From Schizochytrium sp. TIO01 (taxonomy: Eukaryota > Protista > Bigyra: Labyrinthulomycetes), in contig SMSO01000025.1 of assembly GCA_004764695.1 (NCBI GenBank), forward strand, positions 2,046,001 to 2,110,000: a stretch of 64,000 nt of DNA, given 5' to 3'. The notes below the pieces were generated by a model that was not told the origin of the DNA, did no database searches, and saw nothing but the letters and a program-made list of their open reading frames with translations. The translations under genes were made by a program, and so were the position numbers. This document shows positions 34,137 through 46,888 of the stretch, piece by piece. Every line of letters starts with the position of its first letter. The first letter of the stretch is position 1.

Positions 34137-35048
34137 TCAGGTTTTGTTTGGGTTCATGGCGGTGATGACGAGCGCGCAGGTCTTGCATCCTGATGACCTG
34201 CATGTGTAGTAGTGGTGGAGTGCCCTGCGCATCGAGACGCAGTTCGGGTTGCGGCACTGGTGGTGGTCCTGACGCAGCTTGCATTGCAGCATGTGGTTGA
34301 AGAGTTTCTTGACCCACGCGCAGTTCGTCCACTCAGGGCAGGCCTCGGATGTCTCGTTGCACGTCATGGCGTGGTGGAGCATGGCCAATTGCATGTGCAA
34401 GTCCTTGTCAAACTCTTTGCTCTCTGTCTCCACGCCGTGCTCCTCGTCTTGGCACCTGCCAGCTCCGCATCTGCTCTTGTGCTGGTGTTGCTCCTTGTCC
34501 TGGTCAACCGCACCGTCGCTCGCACGCGCGTTTTGCTGCTGATGTCTGTGGCGTATCTCGTGTGCGCACGATGGTGCCATGCCCATCATCATCCTGCCTT
34601 CGCGGCCCAGGATGACGTGCGGCTGCAGGTCCATGTCGCTGCCAAGCCCGATGCTGATGCTGCCAGATTCCCGTTCCCGCTCGCGAGCGGCTGCCAGGCT
34701 CTTGCGGACCTGCTCGCGCTCGCGCTGCTCCTCGCGCGACTCCTCCTGCGACTGTGTCCTGGACACCTTGCGCTGCTGGTAAATCTGCTGGTGTTGCGCA
34801 GACATGGAGTTCTGAGTTCCGGTTTTGTTGGTCCTGACCACGGAGGAGACCGAGACGGCCTCGAGGAACTTGCGCTTGTGGCCTCCGCTCGCGGTCAGGT
34901 CCTGGCCCTGGCCACCGAGGCGCCGCCTGCGTTCTCCGCTCGCTGCGTTGGCGCGGAGTGCTACTGCCGCGAGTTTGCCTGAGCCCTGCGCCCGCTTAGC
35001 CGCTTCTTCGGCTCGCGCGAGGCATATTGATTCCCGCGAGAAGCCCAT
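34137..35048 (-). CDS. Stand-alone TAZ zinc-finger protein (putative transcriptional adaptor)
   Basis: The C-terminal QLAMLHHAMTC..C...C..VKKLFNHMLQC..C..NC..MRRALHHYYTC...CKTC has the three HCCC zinc sites of the CBP/p300 TAZ1 pattern. GC-rich coding island. First ATG is at 35048; an upstream exon may exist. Confidence 0.88.
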   Translation of the reverse strand: MGFSRESICLARAEEAAKRAQGSGKLAAVALRANAASGERRRRLGGQGQDLTASGGHKRKFLEAVSVSSVVRTNKTGTQNSMSAQHQQIYQQRKVSRTQSQEESREEQREREQVRKSLAAARERERESGSISIGLGSDMDLQPHVILGREGRMMMGMAPSCAHEIRHRHQQQNARASDGAVDQDKEQHQHKSRCGAGRCQDEEHGVETESKEFDKDLHMQLAMLHHAMTCNETSEACPEWTNCAWVKKLFNHMLQCKLRQDHHQCRNPNCVSMRRALHHYYTCRSSGCKTCALVITAMNPNKT

Positions 35049-35067
35049 TCTACGCCGCTCAGAACGG

Positions 35068-35120
35068 CTAATCCACAACAAGAAAGGAAAGAAAGAAAAG
35101 AAAAACTTTGGCGTCAATCA
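35068..35120 (-). other. Putative 3' splice acceptor just upstream of the TAZ ATG
   Basis: Minus strand reads TGATTGAC (branch-point-like), then a T/C tract tttttcttttctttctttcctttctt, then gattAG|ccgttctgagcggcgtagaATG. Confidence 0.5.
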
Positions 35121-35279
35121 ATCACTCAATCGCTCAATCAAACAGGACTCAGCAAACCTCTGCGCCTCCTGCTTCGCCGCGACGCCAGCTTCTGCAAGCC
35201 TGCTGGTGGCTCCTGGCGGCGCTGTGCCTGCCAGTGCTGAGACGTGGATGGGTGTTCCGGTCCTTGCTCGCTCGCTTTG

Positions 35280-35326
<47 letters not shown>
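35280..35326. repeat. (GCTT)n microsatellite
   Basis: Perfect run seen directly. Confidence 0.95.
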
Positions 35327-37501
35327 GCCGTCTGTTGTTTGGTGCAGTTAGTTAATCCGTGAAAGTCGTGCTCTGACGGGTCGATGGGATTGATTTCCTT
35401 TTGGGGGTTTGCTTTCGCTGCTTTCGCTGCTTTTCACTCTTTTTCACGGCTTCCTTTTTCAGGAGCCAAGAATGCTTAGCGCTGCCTATTCAAAAACACC
35501 TTTTCAGTCACCGTACTGTTCACCTTCTTTCTTTCTTTTCTTACTCTCTTTCTTTTCTTACTTTCTTTTCTTACTTTCTTTCATTCTTTCTTTCTTTCAT
35601 TCTTAGTTTCGCCTCTCAATAAGGACTAAGAAGTTCGTCATCAGAACCAACCTGAGGCTGTCTTGTTTGGTTACGTGCTATTCTTTGGCGGGCACTTTGA
35701 GAACTATTGCATGATAATAATAGAAAACAGCAGCAGCAACAAAAAGAAGAACAAGAAGAAGAAATTTTATTTATGTTTATATTTATATTTATTTTTGAAG
35801 ATAGAGGGCCTTCTTTCCTTTTCTCTCCTCCTGCCTCCGCGTACTTCGATGTCTCTGTAATCAATCCTGTTAAGAATTGTTTTTAACTATAATTTTATGC
35901 ATGACCAGTTTTTTTTTTTTTTTTTTTTTTTTTAAATAAAATCTGAAAATGGCTGTTCGTGAGTTTGTCGCGCCTTTCTTGGCCTCTTCAGCGGTCCGAG
36001 AGAACAAACGAACAAACAAATAAGCAAGAGAGAAAAGAGAAGAAATGAATGAATGAATGAATGAAAAAATTAAAGAAGGAGAGGTGTCTGAAAAACTTCT
36101 TTCTCATGTTTTGTGATGAGTCTGTTCCTTTAGTTCTTGTCTGGCTTATAAGTTAAACTTTTCTTTATCCAGAAAGAAAAAGAGAGCTGATGTGCGAATT
36201 GAAGGGAGGAACGACGGCGCTGAGGATCATGATGATGACGACGACCCTCCCTCCTCTCCGCTTAATAAAATGCCTCTTCTTCTTTTTATTAGAAAAGACA
36301 CAAATAGCATACTAATTATATTTTCAGTTTCTCGATTTAAAACGTTTTAAAAAGCTACATTCATTTACTTATATTAAAAAACAAAAAGGAAACGAAGAAA
36401 CAATGTATCCTGCTAAAGCCTCTTCTTTTGGTACTGCGTTCTCCACACCAAAGTCAAAGACAAAGGTCTTCATTCGTTTCGTTTCTCATTCCATTTCGTC
36501 TTTGACGATCTCCGTTCCTCTTCGGGCGCCGTCCTGCTCCATATAAAGCAAGCAGCCGTCCACGCGTTCCCTCCTTCGCAAGATTTTGCTTCTTCATCGT
36601 CTCAGAGAAACGAAGCCGTCAGCCAATCCGGACTCTCCTTGTTTCCCCTTTTTTTTTTTCCTTTTTTTTTTTAACATTAAAAAAAATAATAAAAAATAGA
36701 AATAAATAAATCTTTTGTCTTTCTTCACGAATAGTATCAAAATCAAAATGAGACAGTAACAAAGAAAGGATACGGCCTCTCTATTACATCTATTACATGA
36801 GCGACAAGCCAATCACAGAGCCCGAAGCGCCGAGAAGCAGAAGAAGAGATGTGCTTACTTGAAATAAGTAAGTTTCTTGCTTACTTAGTTAGTTACTCAC
36901 TCGCATCAATCAGACTGCGATGGTCTGATTGCTCCGAATTAAAAAAACAAACAGAGAAAAAACAAGTAAAAATAATAACTTAATAACTTGGCGGCAGAGC
37001 AGAGAAAAGGCAGATAAGCAGGAGCGATGCGATGCGAGGCAAACCAAGAAATCAATCAATCAGGGAAGCAAGTTGGCCTCTGTCCCCCTCTCCCTGCGCA
37101 CGGACTGCTCTCGATAGCGCCCTTTGTCGGCCAAGAATGCCATGCTTTCTTTGTGTATAGATAATCTATCTTTGCTTGTTCTGCACCCAATTATATACTG
37201 CAAAGTGAACGAGGAAGTGAGCGAGTGATGACGCCGACGCAGCACTCGCTCACTTCTCGAGTGCAGGGGCGCCGAAGAAACCCCGAAAGAGAGAGAGAAA
37301 CCAACCAAGAAAGAAGATCCATATCTATCTATCTAACGATACATGCTACACATGCCTACGCGCATTATTTTCTAGTATGTTCCTTACTTACTACATTGTT
37401 TTCTCTTTTAGATAAATATACACCATCTTCTTTACATAGATACTCTTAAGTACTAAAGCACATGGTTTAGTCTAAAATAAAGTAAAAGAAAATAAAAGCA
37501 T

Positions 37502-37503
37502 GA

Positions 37504-37541
<38 letters not shown>
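37502..37541. repeat. (GAAA)n microsatellite
   Basis: Perfect run seen directly. Confidence 0.95.
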
Positions 37542-37543
<2 letters not shown>

Positions 37544-39367
37544 GCGTCGTCCGCGAGAGCCGAGAAATCTATGCGAAGGAGAAGAAGAGAAGAGCAGAAG
37601 CATAAAAGAAGCGGCCGGAGGCAGAAGGAGGGAGCGCTGACACTCGATTTCGATTCATTGACCTGCCACAAGAACGGGGTCTCTAAGGGCATCGTTGGAG
37701 ACAGGAAAGCAGCGAAGCTAGAAGGCGAGCGGGCGAGATTGCGAGTAGCATGGCCATTAAACAGTTCACTAATACTGTCGATGCTGGCGTTTATTTCTCT
37801 GATTTCCACCATTTCGCTGTTTTTTTTTGTGCTGCTTTTTATTTATCGTTGCGTTAATTATACTTGCTTAATATTATTTGATTCTGAAAAGTGAAATTTC
37901 AACGAAAGAACGTGTATTGTTGGTTCTTTCAAGCCTTGCTGTGATGTTTTCAAATCAGCTTTTAAAAAGTTGTTTTAATTAGAGGAATAGCAGGGACTAC
38001 TTTCGCAGCTGCACATCTCATTTCTTTGTGTTGGATAAGAATAAGGAAGAGAAGAAGAGGCGGCTAAACAAATGAATGAATGAATGAATTAATCAATGAA
38101 TCAATCAAACAGACCGCCTAAATTATTCACCCAAATCAATTCACATATTTCCCTTCGCGTAAGCAGGCAACATGTTTCTTGATATGAAACCTTCGTTGGA
38201 GTTTCTGGCGCCACCAATTCGAGCCTCCAAAAGCCTTCGCGGCGCATCGTCGTCAAATAAACCTAATAAAACAGCGTCTTCGCAGCGAGCGCTTCTTTCT
38301 TTGTAGCGGCCGGAGGTCCGGTTTCTGAGAACACGAGCTTTGCTTTTACTAATAATGATGTTACAAGTGAAGAAAATAACAGACAGATGAATGCATAAAG
38401 AAACCAATCAAAGAAAACCAATCGTTCATGACACTCCTCAACAACTTTAGAGAACAATGAGAGCCTAGATTTGTGAATACTGAGAATCAACCGTTCTTTT
38501 TCTCTTTCGGCTATTTCTTCTGTTTTCATATATATATTAAAAACAAAGTTATTACTTGAAAAAGAAAAAAAAAAAAGAAAAAGAAAAAGGGCCTTTTAAA
38601 CGTTTAGTTTGAGAACAGACCGTAGAAACCCAAGAGAAAGAGAGAAAGAAAGCGACCGCGAACTCGAATCCTCCATCCACCTTGGACGAGGAAGGCAGCG
38701 CAGGAAAGCTCTGAGGCCGCTCTTGGAGAGGTTGATTACGCTTCGTTGAGGGTTTGATGGGCGGAATGCGGAGCTCTCGCGGGTTTAACTGCGCTGCGCG
38801 TGTGGCGCAGAGGTGCTGCGGCAAGAAAGGATGGTCGCGAATGGCCATTCCTCTCCCTTTTACCTACCCAGTAAGTAAGTAAGTAAGTAAGTAATTATTT
38901 AATGAACTGCTTAGAGAATCAGCTAACTAGCTAGCTACTAACCGCGCAGGCTTTTCTCTGTACCAGTATACGACTAACCAAGAATTTATTTATTGCGTAC
39001 CTCACAATCTCTCGCATCATATTCATTTTGGACAAGATGTACAGAATATACTCTCTGTTGTGGTGAATGAAAAGAAAAGCGGAGCACCATCAAACATGCA
39101 TATGTAGTGACTCCTTGGGTTTAGGAGGAGAACATGTACATGTAAATAAACATCTTTTATCTACAAAGAGAAAAGAAAAGACATGAGAAAGGAGAAGAAA
39201 AAAGAATTGATCAATTGTAAAATAGTTTTAAATAAGGAGAAGAACAAGAGCAACCAAGTAAAAATGAATGATAATCTCGGTTTTGCCCATGGCACGAGGA
39301 AAGTCAAATAAATTCCAGCTAAATTCACGGAAAGTGGGTGTCTGGATATATTATGGTGAAACCAGAG

Positions 39368-39398
<31 letters not shown>

Positions 39399-42300
39399 AA
39401 GTAAATAAATGCCACTCCTTCACAGAACGAAGACCTCATCGTCGCATCCACAGCTTTGAGCAGACTTTCCTCGGAACTGTTTTCCAACAAACTGTTTTCC
39501 AACAGCCGCGACATCGCTTCTTCGACGAAAGCTAAAGCTTACCAACCCAAGCACACGAATGAAGTCCCACGAAAAATGGATGTATGGATATAGTATGTAT
39601 TAATTATCCTGTCTTTACTACTACGCTCTTTTCCTGCCACTCAAAGTTCCAGAGTACCCCCGTCCGTTCTCTGAGTGTGTTCTGACCTGCGAAATAGAAA
39701 CCAGCGGAAGCAAGGAAGGAAGAAAAAACCATTCCATGAATATATATTTGTAAGGAGCAAAGTATGCATCGTTACCACGGCATCATCATCGTAGGAGTAC
39801 TTAGCGCGCGCTAGCCCCGAGGAACGCAAGGCCTGGGTCCCACGCCGAGGTCCTGCGCGTTCAACCTTGTGGCGTTTGGCGAGCGCGCCTTCTCCAAGAG
39901 GTTTCTCGACGCCCGTCCGCTGTTCAAGGCTGGAAGGGCGATCTGGCCCGGGTTTGGTCTCGCCAATCGCAGCGGGCTGGGCCCTGCGCAGGTTTGAGCG
40001 GAAGCCCCTATTGCGCTACAGGTCCTCTCGCCTGAAGATCCATTAGCATCGCTTACTTACTGGCTAAGCTAGGCTAGCCTAGGCTTGCCTAGGTCAGCAG
40101 AGCAGTCGGTTCATAGGTACCTTAGCTAGTTGAGTCAAATTCCGTCGATTTCGCCTCTTGGCAGACAGTCAGCGCGCTTTTCAGAAAGAAGAAAATCTTG
40201 GTCTGCCTGGAAAGGCGGATTTTGCGAAGCAGCGAGAACCAACTTCGGCAACTCGAAACTGTGACACTGGCGGTCAGAACGTAGTTTGTTGCTGCTGTCA
40301 GGCACCGAGAGAACTTTTCCACCAAATAATCAATACATCAATACATCAATGAAGCTTGAATCATTTTGGCAATGAGAGCTTTTGCTGCCTGGGTCCTTTC
40401 AGTGGATCTTGCCTAGAAACAACAGATCTTGGAGAAGCCTAAGTGGCGTCTCGTTCACGCAGCCTGATGACGCGGGTTAGTTTTGGCAGCTGAGAAGAAG
40501 GAATGATATTGGGCAAGCGAGTAAAATTCAACTCATGCATGTGATGGGTGTCGACTTCGATCAGGTTCGAGGGATTCGACTTCTCGATTGGAGGACTTTT
40601 ACAATTTTTTTTTACATATGAGCTAAGGCAAATGAAAGGCGAACAAAGAAGCGGAAATCGAATAACCAACATTTGCATTCTTAGGTTTACGTGCGGCCCA
40701 CTGCGACGCCCTTAAAGAGCTCTCGAATGGGAATCGCAATTTATTTATTCATCAACAACGCCTCCAAATGTGAAGAACGCTCGTTTGGTTTGGTTGTACT
40801 TCTGCTCTTTGAGTGTGCGTCTCTTTTCTCAACCCACTTATGATCCTGAGAATTGCCGCAAAAACTTCGAACGATTGACGAAGCATATAAAGCGTCGAAC
40901 TCACAACAGACTATCTACAATTTGCAGTGAGTGGCGCGAAAGGCACCTGAAGCGAAGGAAGCGCACAACTCTGGCCACTGTCTTTTTGCGATCTGGCCGC
41001 TTCGCAATTGCAGTCTCACGGTCTAAGGGCTACCTTTGCCGCTGATGACGAGCAGGAGGACGGCGACCACCACGACGAAGCACAGTTTCTCTGGAAGTTC
41101 TGCTACCCTGGGTCCGTAACGAGACGCACGGGTGATGCGACATGAATTCGCGGGTATTCTGGACTGCGTGCGAATGCTACCGGACGCTTCGCACCAGCAA
41201 AGAATTTCTGCGGCACAGTAACAATTAATCCAAAGTAATTCTTTTTTTTAAGTTTAATTTTTAACTTTTCACTTTTGAAAGTATTGTGCTTTGATTTATT
41301 TTTATATAGCCTAGCCTGGAGCCAAACACAGAAACTGCATTAACTTGAGTTTATCGAAACGAGGAAAGCGCAGGACTCTGGGAAAGCAAGCCGTAATCAG
41401 ATGCACCTACTACGATCTGTTTAAGCTCCGTTGGTCTTTGTTCGTTTGACTTTACCCAACCTCCCAATAAAAACGGGGAACTAGGTCCTTCTTGATTCTA
41501 ATTTGAGATTTCGCACTAAAGTTTTCAACAGTTTGTTTGCACACAGAGAACTGAAAGAGCTCTTCTTCTTCGTCTTGCTGATGCAGCTCTGCGTGCGAAA
41601 CCGAAGACAGGATCCTGAGCTAGCCGGGCCCAACGATCAGACAGATACGCGTGCTCGGCAGCCCTATTCGAACGCCGGCTCGCGGAGATCGTACAGATCC
41701 TGCTCGCTCGGCGCAGCTCTAACGCTTTCATAGACGAAGCAGCGCATCTGTCATCTATGCATTCATTCATTCGTTAATTCATTCGTTCACTCTTTCGAGA
41801 TCTTTATAGAATGACAAAATTTTGGCTATTTATGAGCTCATTCATGAAAACAACGATCAATCGAAAGTGAAGTGGGTGGCGTTAGTTCGTGGGTTGTTGT
41901 TTCGAAACTTCAGGTAAGAGCAGGAATCCATCCTGTGTCCGTATGCTGCATTTGCATTGGGCTCAGTTTCCGCTTCTGCGAGGTATTAAGCAAGCTCGAT
42001 CAGCTAAACCTCCGTGTATAAGGTAATGTAGAATGTAGTACCTAGCTAGCTACTTTCGAGTGAGTTGGTCGAATGAATCATGAGTCGACCCAATTGAATT
42101 CTCTTGGAGTTCGAGTTCTTCTCCATTCGACGAGGGCACTGACTAATAAATAAGTCTTACGACAGACGCCACCTGCATTTATGATGTCATGCATTTTTCA
42201 TGACTCGCATTTGTAAATGATAACTAAGCATCGAGCAGCACAGCACAGGCCTGCCTTTCTTCGCGTTGCGGTTCGCGGGCGCACCTCGAATGCCCTGTTA

Positions 42301-42600
42301 TTTGACATGAAGAGATGCAAAAACCAGATTACCAGAACCGCGCAGGCTCTCGTTTCTTTCTTTCACTCTCTCACTCTCTCACTCACTCACTCCTTCGAGC
42401 GAGTTCCCAGTTCCTGGCATTGCTGCAGCAGAGGTAGTAGAGTAGTCGGTAGGTAGGCACCTACCTGGCTTTGTTGACCCCGTAGCAGCTATTGAAATCT
42501 CAGGTACCTACCTACCTAGGTAGTTGAATCTTCGTATCATTATTGCGACGCACTGCGACAACAAAAAATTCATTCTTTCATTCGCCCATCCATTCCATTC

Positions 42601-42682
42601 CATGCATTCATTCATTCATTCATTCATTCATTCATTCCATGAGTAAGTGAGTAAGTGAGTGAGTGAGTGAGTGTCATGCATG
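42601..42682. repeat. Compound (CATT)n-(GAGT)n microsatellite
   Basis: A CATT run abuts a GAGT/AAGT run. Confidence 0.9.
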
Positions 42683-45600
42683 TGCGTTGTTATGTCAGAT
42701 TTACTCCACCAGCATAGTCAAGCAAACAAGCAAATGAGTGAGCAAAACTAAACAAATGACTTCTTTGTTTTGGCGGGCTTTCTGTGATCGATTATCGTTT
42801 GCGTTGACTATTCATGACAGGGATTTAGAGTTGACGTTATGTTTTCTTTTGCTTTTTGTTTTTCTAATTACAAGTGAATTCATTGTTTCTGGCGTCAATG
42901 TTGAGCACTATCGACGCGTCGAGGTCTGAAGAGAACCCGCCAACGGTGCACTTCTGCTACCAATAGTAGTACTGCCATTTCGCGACTCCCTTTCCTCATT
43001 GATGATGGTTATTATTTATCTTTAAAAAAAAAATGTTTAGGCGAGTCCACAATTTCCAAAATCAAGGACCCGCGGACTATTCCTCGAGACGTTCTGGAGT
43101 AAGTAAGTTGAATGAATGCAAAAAGGCTGTGGCTTGGACCTCTGCAGAATTTCAGGTCCTTCAAATTTCGCAGAAAAAGCATTGCTCTGCGCGTCCTTGT
43201 CTCCTAACTCTGGAGGGTTAGATAGCTAGCCTGGTCAACGACCAACTAAGAGGTGCCTGATTGCAATTCACATGTTTGCGATTCGTCCCCATAGATGTCA
43301 GAAACCGATTTAAAAAACAAAACAAAAAAAATGTCATGCTTTTCTGTCGATTTCGTAATTGATTGAAGAAAATAAATCGAGAAGCAAGAAAGAACAGCAA
43401 CTAATAATCGCTTCAAATGTGATCAAATCATCTGCTGTGACGACGAGACAATCGACTGACTGACACTTGAACGCATCTGATGCTTCGATCTATATTTTTG
43501 AGGGATGGTCTCGAAAACTCGCTCACTGCTACTCTCAGCCTGAATTGTAAGATGCTTCGCCGGCGAAATCCTACAAAACAAGAGCATTCCGCCAGAATTA
43601 ATTCATGATCTTGATTAAAATTAACTATTATTTGTGGTCGTTCTGTTCCTGTGATATGATCGTAATTTCGCGATCTCTGGCCAAGCGACCTCTTCCCTCT
43701 TTAAGTTCGAAGGTCTGCCAATCGATGAAAAATGTTTAGCTTTTTCTCCTCTCCTCAAAGCCTTGGCCTCCTTGGTAAATTTCCTCGAGCTACAGTTCTC
43801 GCATGCGTCCGAGAGCAGCACGTGGAACGAGGCCAGCAGCATGAAATGCCATATTGCAATCGAAATGAATGAAATACTTATTTTTTCCTTTTCTCAATAA
43901 AACTGATGATTATTATGATTCATAACACTCTAAGTACTAATATTAATATTATTCTTATTATTCGCAATCGAATTTTAAAATATGAAGAATAATAAATTCA
44001 ACCAAAGAGAAACAAACATGAACAATGAGTAAAAACATTCTTCATTTCATAGCAACAGCAAAGCAGCAAAAGTTCCAAAATACTTTAAAATATTTTTAAA
44101 ACAACACTTGAAAGCCAAAACCTTTTTTCGTCTAGTAAACACTAAAAATATTATTATTCTTTTTTCATTCTTTTTTCCCCTGTAGTCCTCTTTTCGCGGA
44201 CAAGCCTGTTCGCGTGAACAGAAGTGTACTTACCTGGATAGTGCCTAACTACCTTCTACGGTAATAGCCAGAGACCATCAAATAAATAGCTGCAGCAAAA
44301 GTGCTACCACCGCAGCGGAGATGACCTCGAGTTTTCTCCGTGCGAGCGTTGAGGTCGCTATATATTTAAAGAAAAACTCTGTGCGCCAGCCACCCAACGG
44401 ACGGCATGGTGGTTCGAGAGCATGGTCTGAGGCGTCTTCTGCCTCATTGAATAAACAAAGCCATGAAGATGGAGTGATTGATCGACTGGTTGAGTAAATA
44501 ATCATCAGCTCAACCTTGTTCCTAGAAAACCGAGGAGAAAGACAAAATAAAGAGAGTGTAAGTGGTGTCACTCGGATCCAATATAAAGAAGAGGGCGTAT
44601 CTTCCAAGTTCAAGTTCGCGGTTGCGGGAAAAAAGGAGAGGAAAAACCACTTTCTCTGCCCTCATCCTCTCATCATATATGAATCCTTTCTACCTAAAGT
44701 GAATCATCACGATTATGAAGTCTTTGTTTTCTTTCTTTTTAGTTTGAAAGCTAGTGGTTCCCTGTAGGACCGTCCTATGTGGTCCTAGGCTCAAGGTGCC
44801 AGGCAGTCAAATGCTACCTGCTAGACAGTAGATATGTATGTTACTACGTACAAGTAGGTGATCTTGAGTTTGCCCAGATTAGGCAAAATGGCCTTGGAGC
44901 AATTCGAATGTAGAAACGCACTGCGTAAGTTGAATGTCTACGGGGATACCGATCTACTCAGCGCATGGACAGACAATAGTCCGATCTGGCATCTGAGATG
45001 GATCCGGCACCTCCCGCTAATGCACGCACGCACGCTCAAATCCTGGAGGACTTTACCTAGCTTCGCTAGATAGTACAAGTAATTAGCTCGACGGGGTCTG
45101 CAGGATGCGCATTACCTGCCAACTCATGGAATTCAATTTATATCGGCCGCAAGCATCCTCAAGAAACATGCCATCGATCGATCTATAAGTAGTTCTACCC
45201 CCGCCGAGAGGGATAAAGAGAGCTTCCCAAAGTAAGTTACATGTTTACAATGGGGCAACTTTGAACACAGGTAAGCTGCAGGCAGCATCATGAGTACCTA
45301 GCTCTGCTAGCAGCCTGCAGAGTTTGCTCGCTAAGGTTGGAACTGGAAGCCACAGTCAGCATAACGATAAAAACTCAAAAAATTTCTGCACGCGCGTCTC
45401 CCATCTGATTGGGTTCTAACCCCTTCGAAGAATTCATCTAAGGTTCTTGGAATCTCTAGATGGAACTCAACTTGTACGTGCGGGCGTGGGCAACTTTGGA
45501 AAGCCTCGGCCGTGCTGAAGAATTGTGAGGGCTTCTGGAGAAGATAGAATCGATAGATTTCATTCGAACGTTATCCTGCGGCTGTTACTTAGTTATCATG

Positions 45601-46344
45601 GTTTTCTCAATTGGAGCCCCTGCCAACCGCCTCCATCGGCCTGATTGTTGATGAGGTGGCTCTGATTCGGCTGTATGCTGCTTGCAGATCCCGGGCATCG
45701 CCCTTTTCTTTGTCGTCCGACCATAGCCATGATGACAAGGGAGGGCCATAGATGTGATTTATTCAGAAAACCAAACTTGAGATACTTCTGAGGGTCCCTG
45801 GACGACGGTTATTCTAAAGATCACGCTGTAAGTTTCTCCAAAGTAGATAAGCGCCAAAGCTAAGACACTGCGGAAACAAGTTTAAGATGTCCACAGGCAC
45901 GCACACACGCATCAAAGATGGTGATTGTCCTCATCATGAAAGCCTTGATCATCATCATCATATCATGTCTACCAAAATGTTAGCAAACCTTGAGCAATTG
46001 GACAAATGTAAGCAAGAAATCTTCCCTCGCGAAGGAGCAACGAGGCTTTCTCCTGGGGGGCTCTGGACAACCTCAAGCTGATTTTTACTTTCTTCACTTC
46101 GAGAGTTGCCTCTTGCCGTGGAAAGGAAACCACCCTCACTCTTCTGGCCTGGCGCACCCTCGTGCTTCAGAGAGCGGCCTGACCTGCTCAGCCTTCCACC
46201 CTCAATAAGTAAGCAGCTAGCTATGCCTAGCGCAGCTTAGCGAGAGAGACTGCCCGTTCCCGATGTTCTCAGGTTCTTCTTTTTCGTCATACTTCTTCTG
46301 GGAAGGCGAGGCCGTCTCGCTTAGCTAGCCAGAATAGGCTATTG

Positions 46345-46421
46345 CATACATACATACATACATACATACATACATACATACATACATACATACATACATA
46401 CATACATACGTACATACATAC
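46345..46421. repeat. (CATA)n microsatellite
   Basis: Near-perfect run. Confidence 0.95.
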
Positions 46422-46857
46422 GTGCCTATGGTCGGTGGGTCTCCTCAGCGCAACAGCGACGAATTTGCGCGTCATCTCGCCATCAATGCGGCAGGTTCCT
46501 CTTGGCTTCCGCATCTAGTCCTCCTCGAGGGTAGCTTTCATACGCTGCTGCCTGCCGGTGTTTCCGTCCGTGAAGCCGCGGTGAGTACTTGAGAGCGTTG
46601 TCTCTGACTTGAGCGGGCGACCTTGCGGCGGTTGGCATTGATGCTGGTGGTGGTGATTGATTGATTGATCGATTGATCCATTTATAAATTGATTGATTTC
46701 CTCCTCCTCAAGTTCTGAACCGCGAGTGTACTCACTCACTCACTCACTCATTCACTTTGAGAGGAGCGGGTGGGTTGGATTGACATTCATTCATTCATTC
46801 ATTCATTCATTCATTCAATCATTCAATCATTCGTCTATCCAGATAGCCTCAATTCTC

Positions 46858-46888
<31 letters not shown>

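Noticed and set aside
34212-35355. 256-aa and 176-aa + strand ORFs overlapping the TAZ gene
   Set aside because: Antisense shadows of a GC-rich CDS and of the GCTT repeat; no motifs.
40555-40590. GGTTCGA T-loop-like word suggesting a tRNA
   Set aside because: No cloverleaf, D-arm or acceptor stem could be built around it.
44227-44390. TACTTACCTGG resembles the 5' end of U1 snRNA
   Set aside because: No U1-70K loop (GATCACGAAG-like), no U1A loop (ATTGCAC) and no Sm site follow. It is better read as a minus-strand splice donor.
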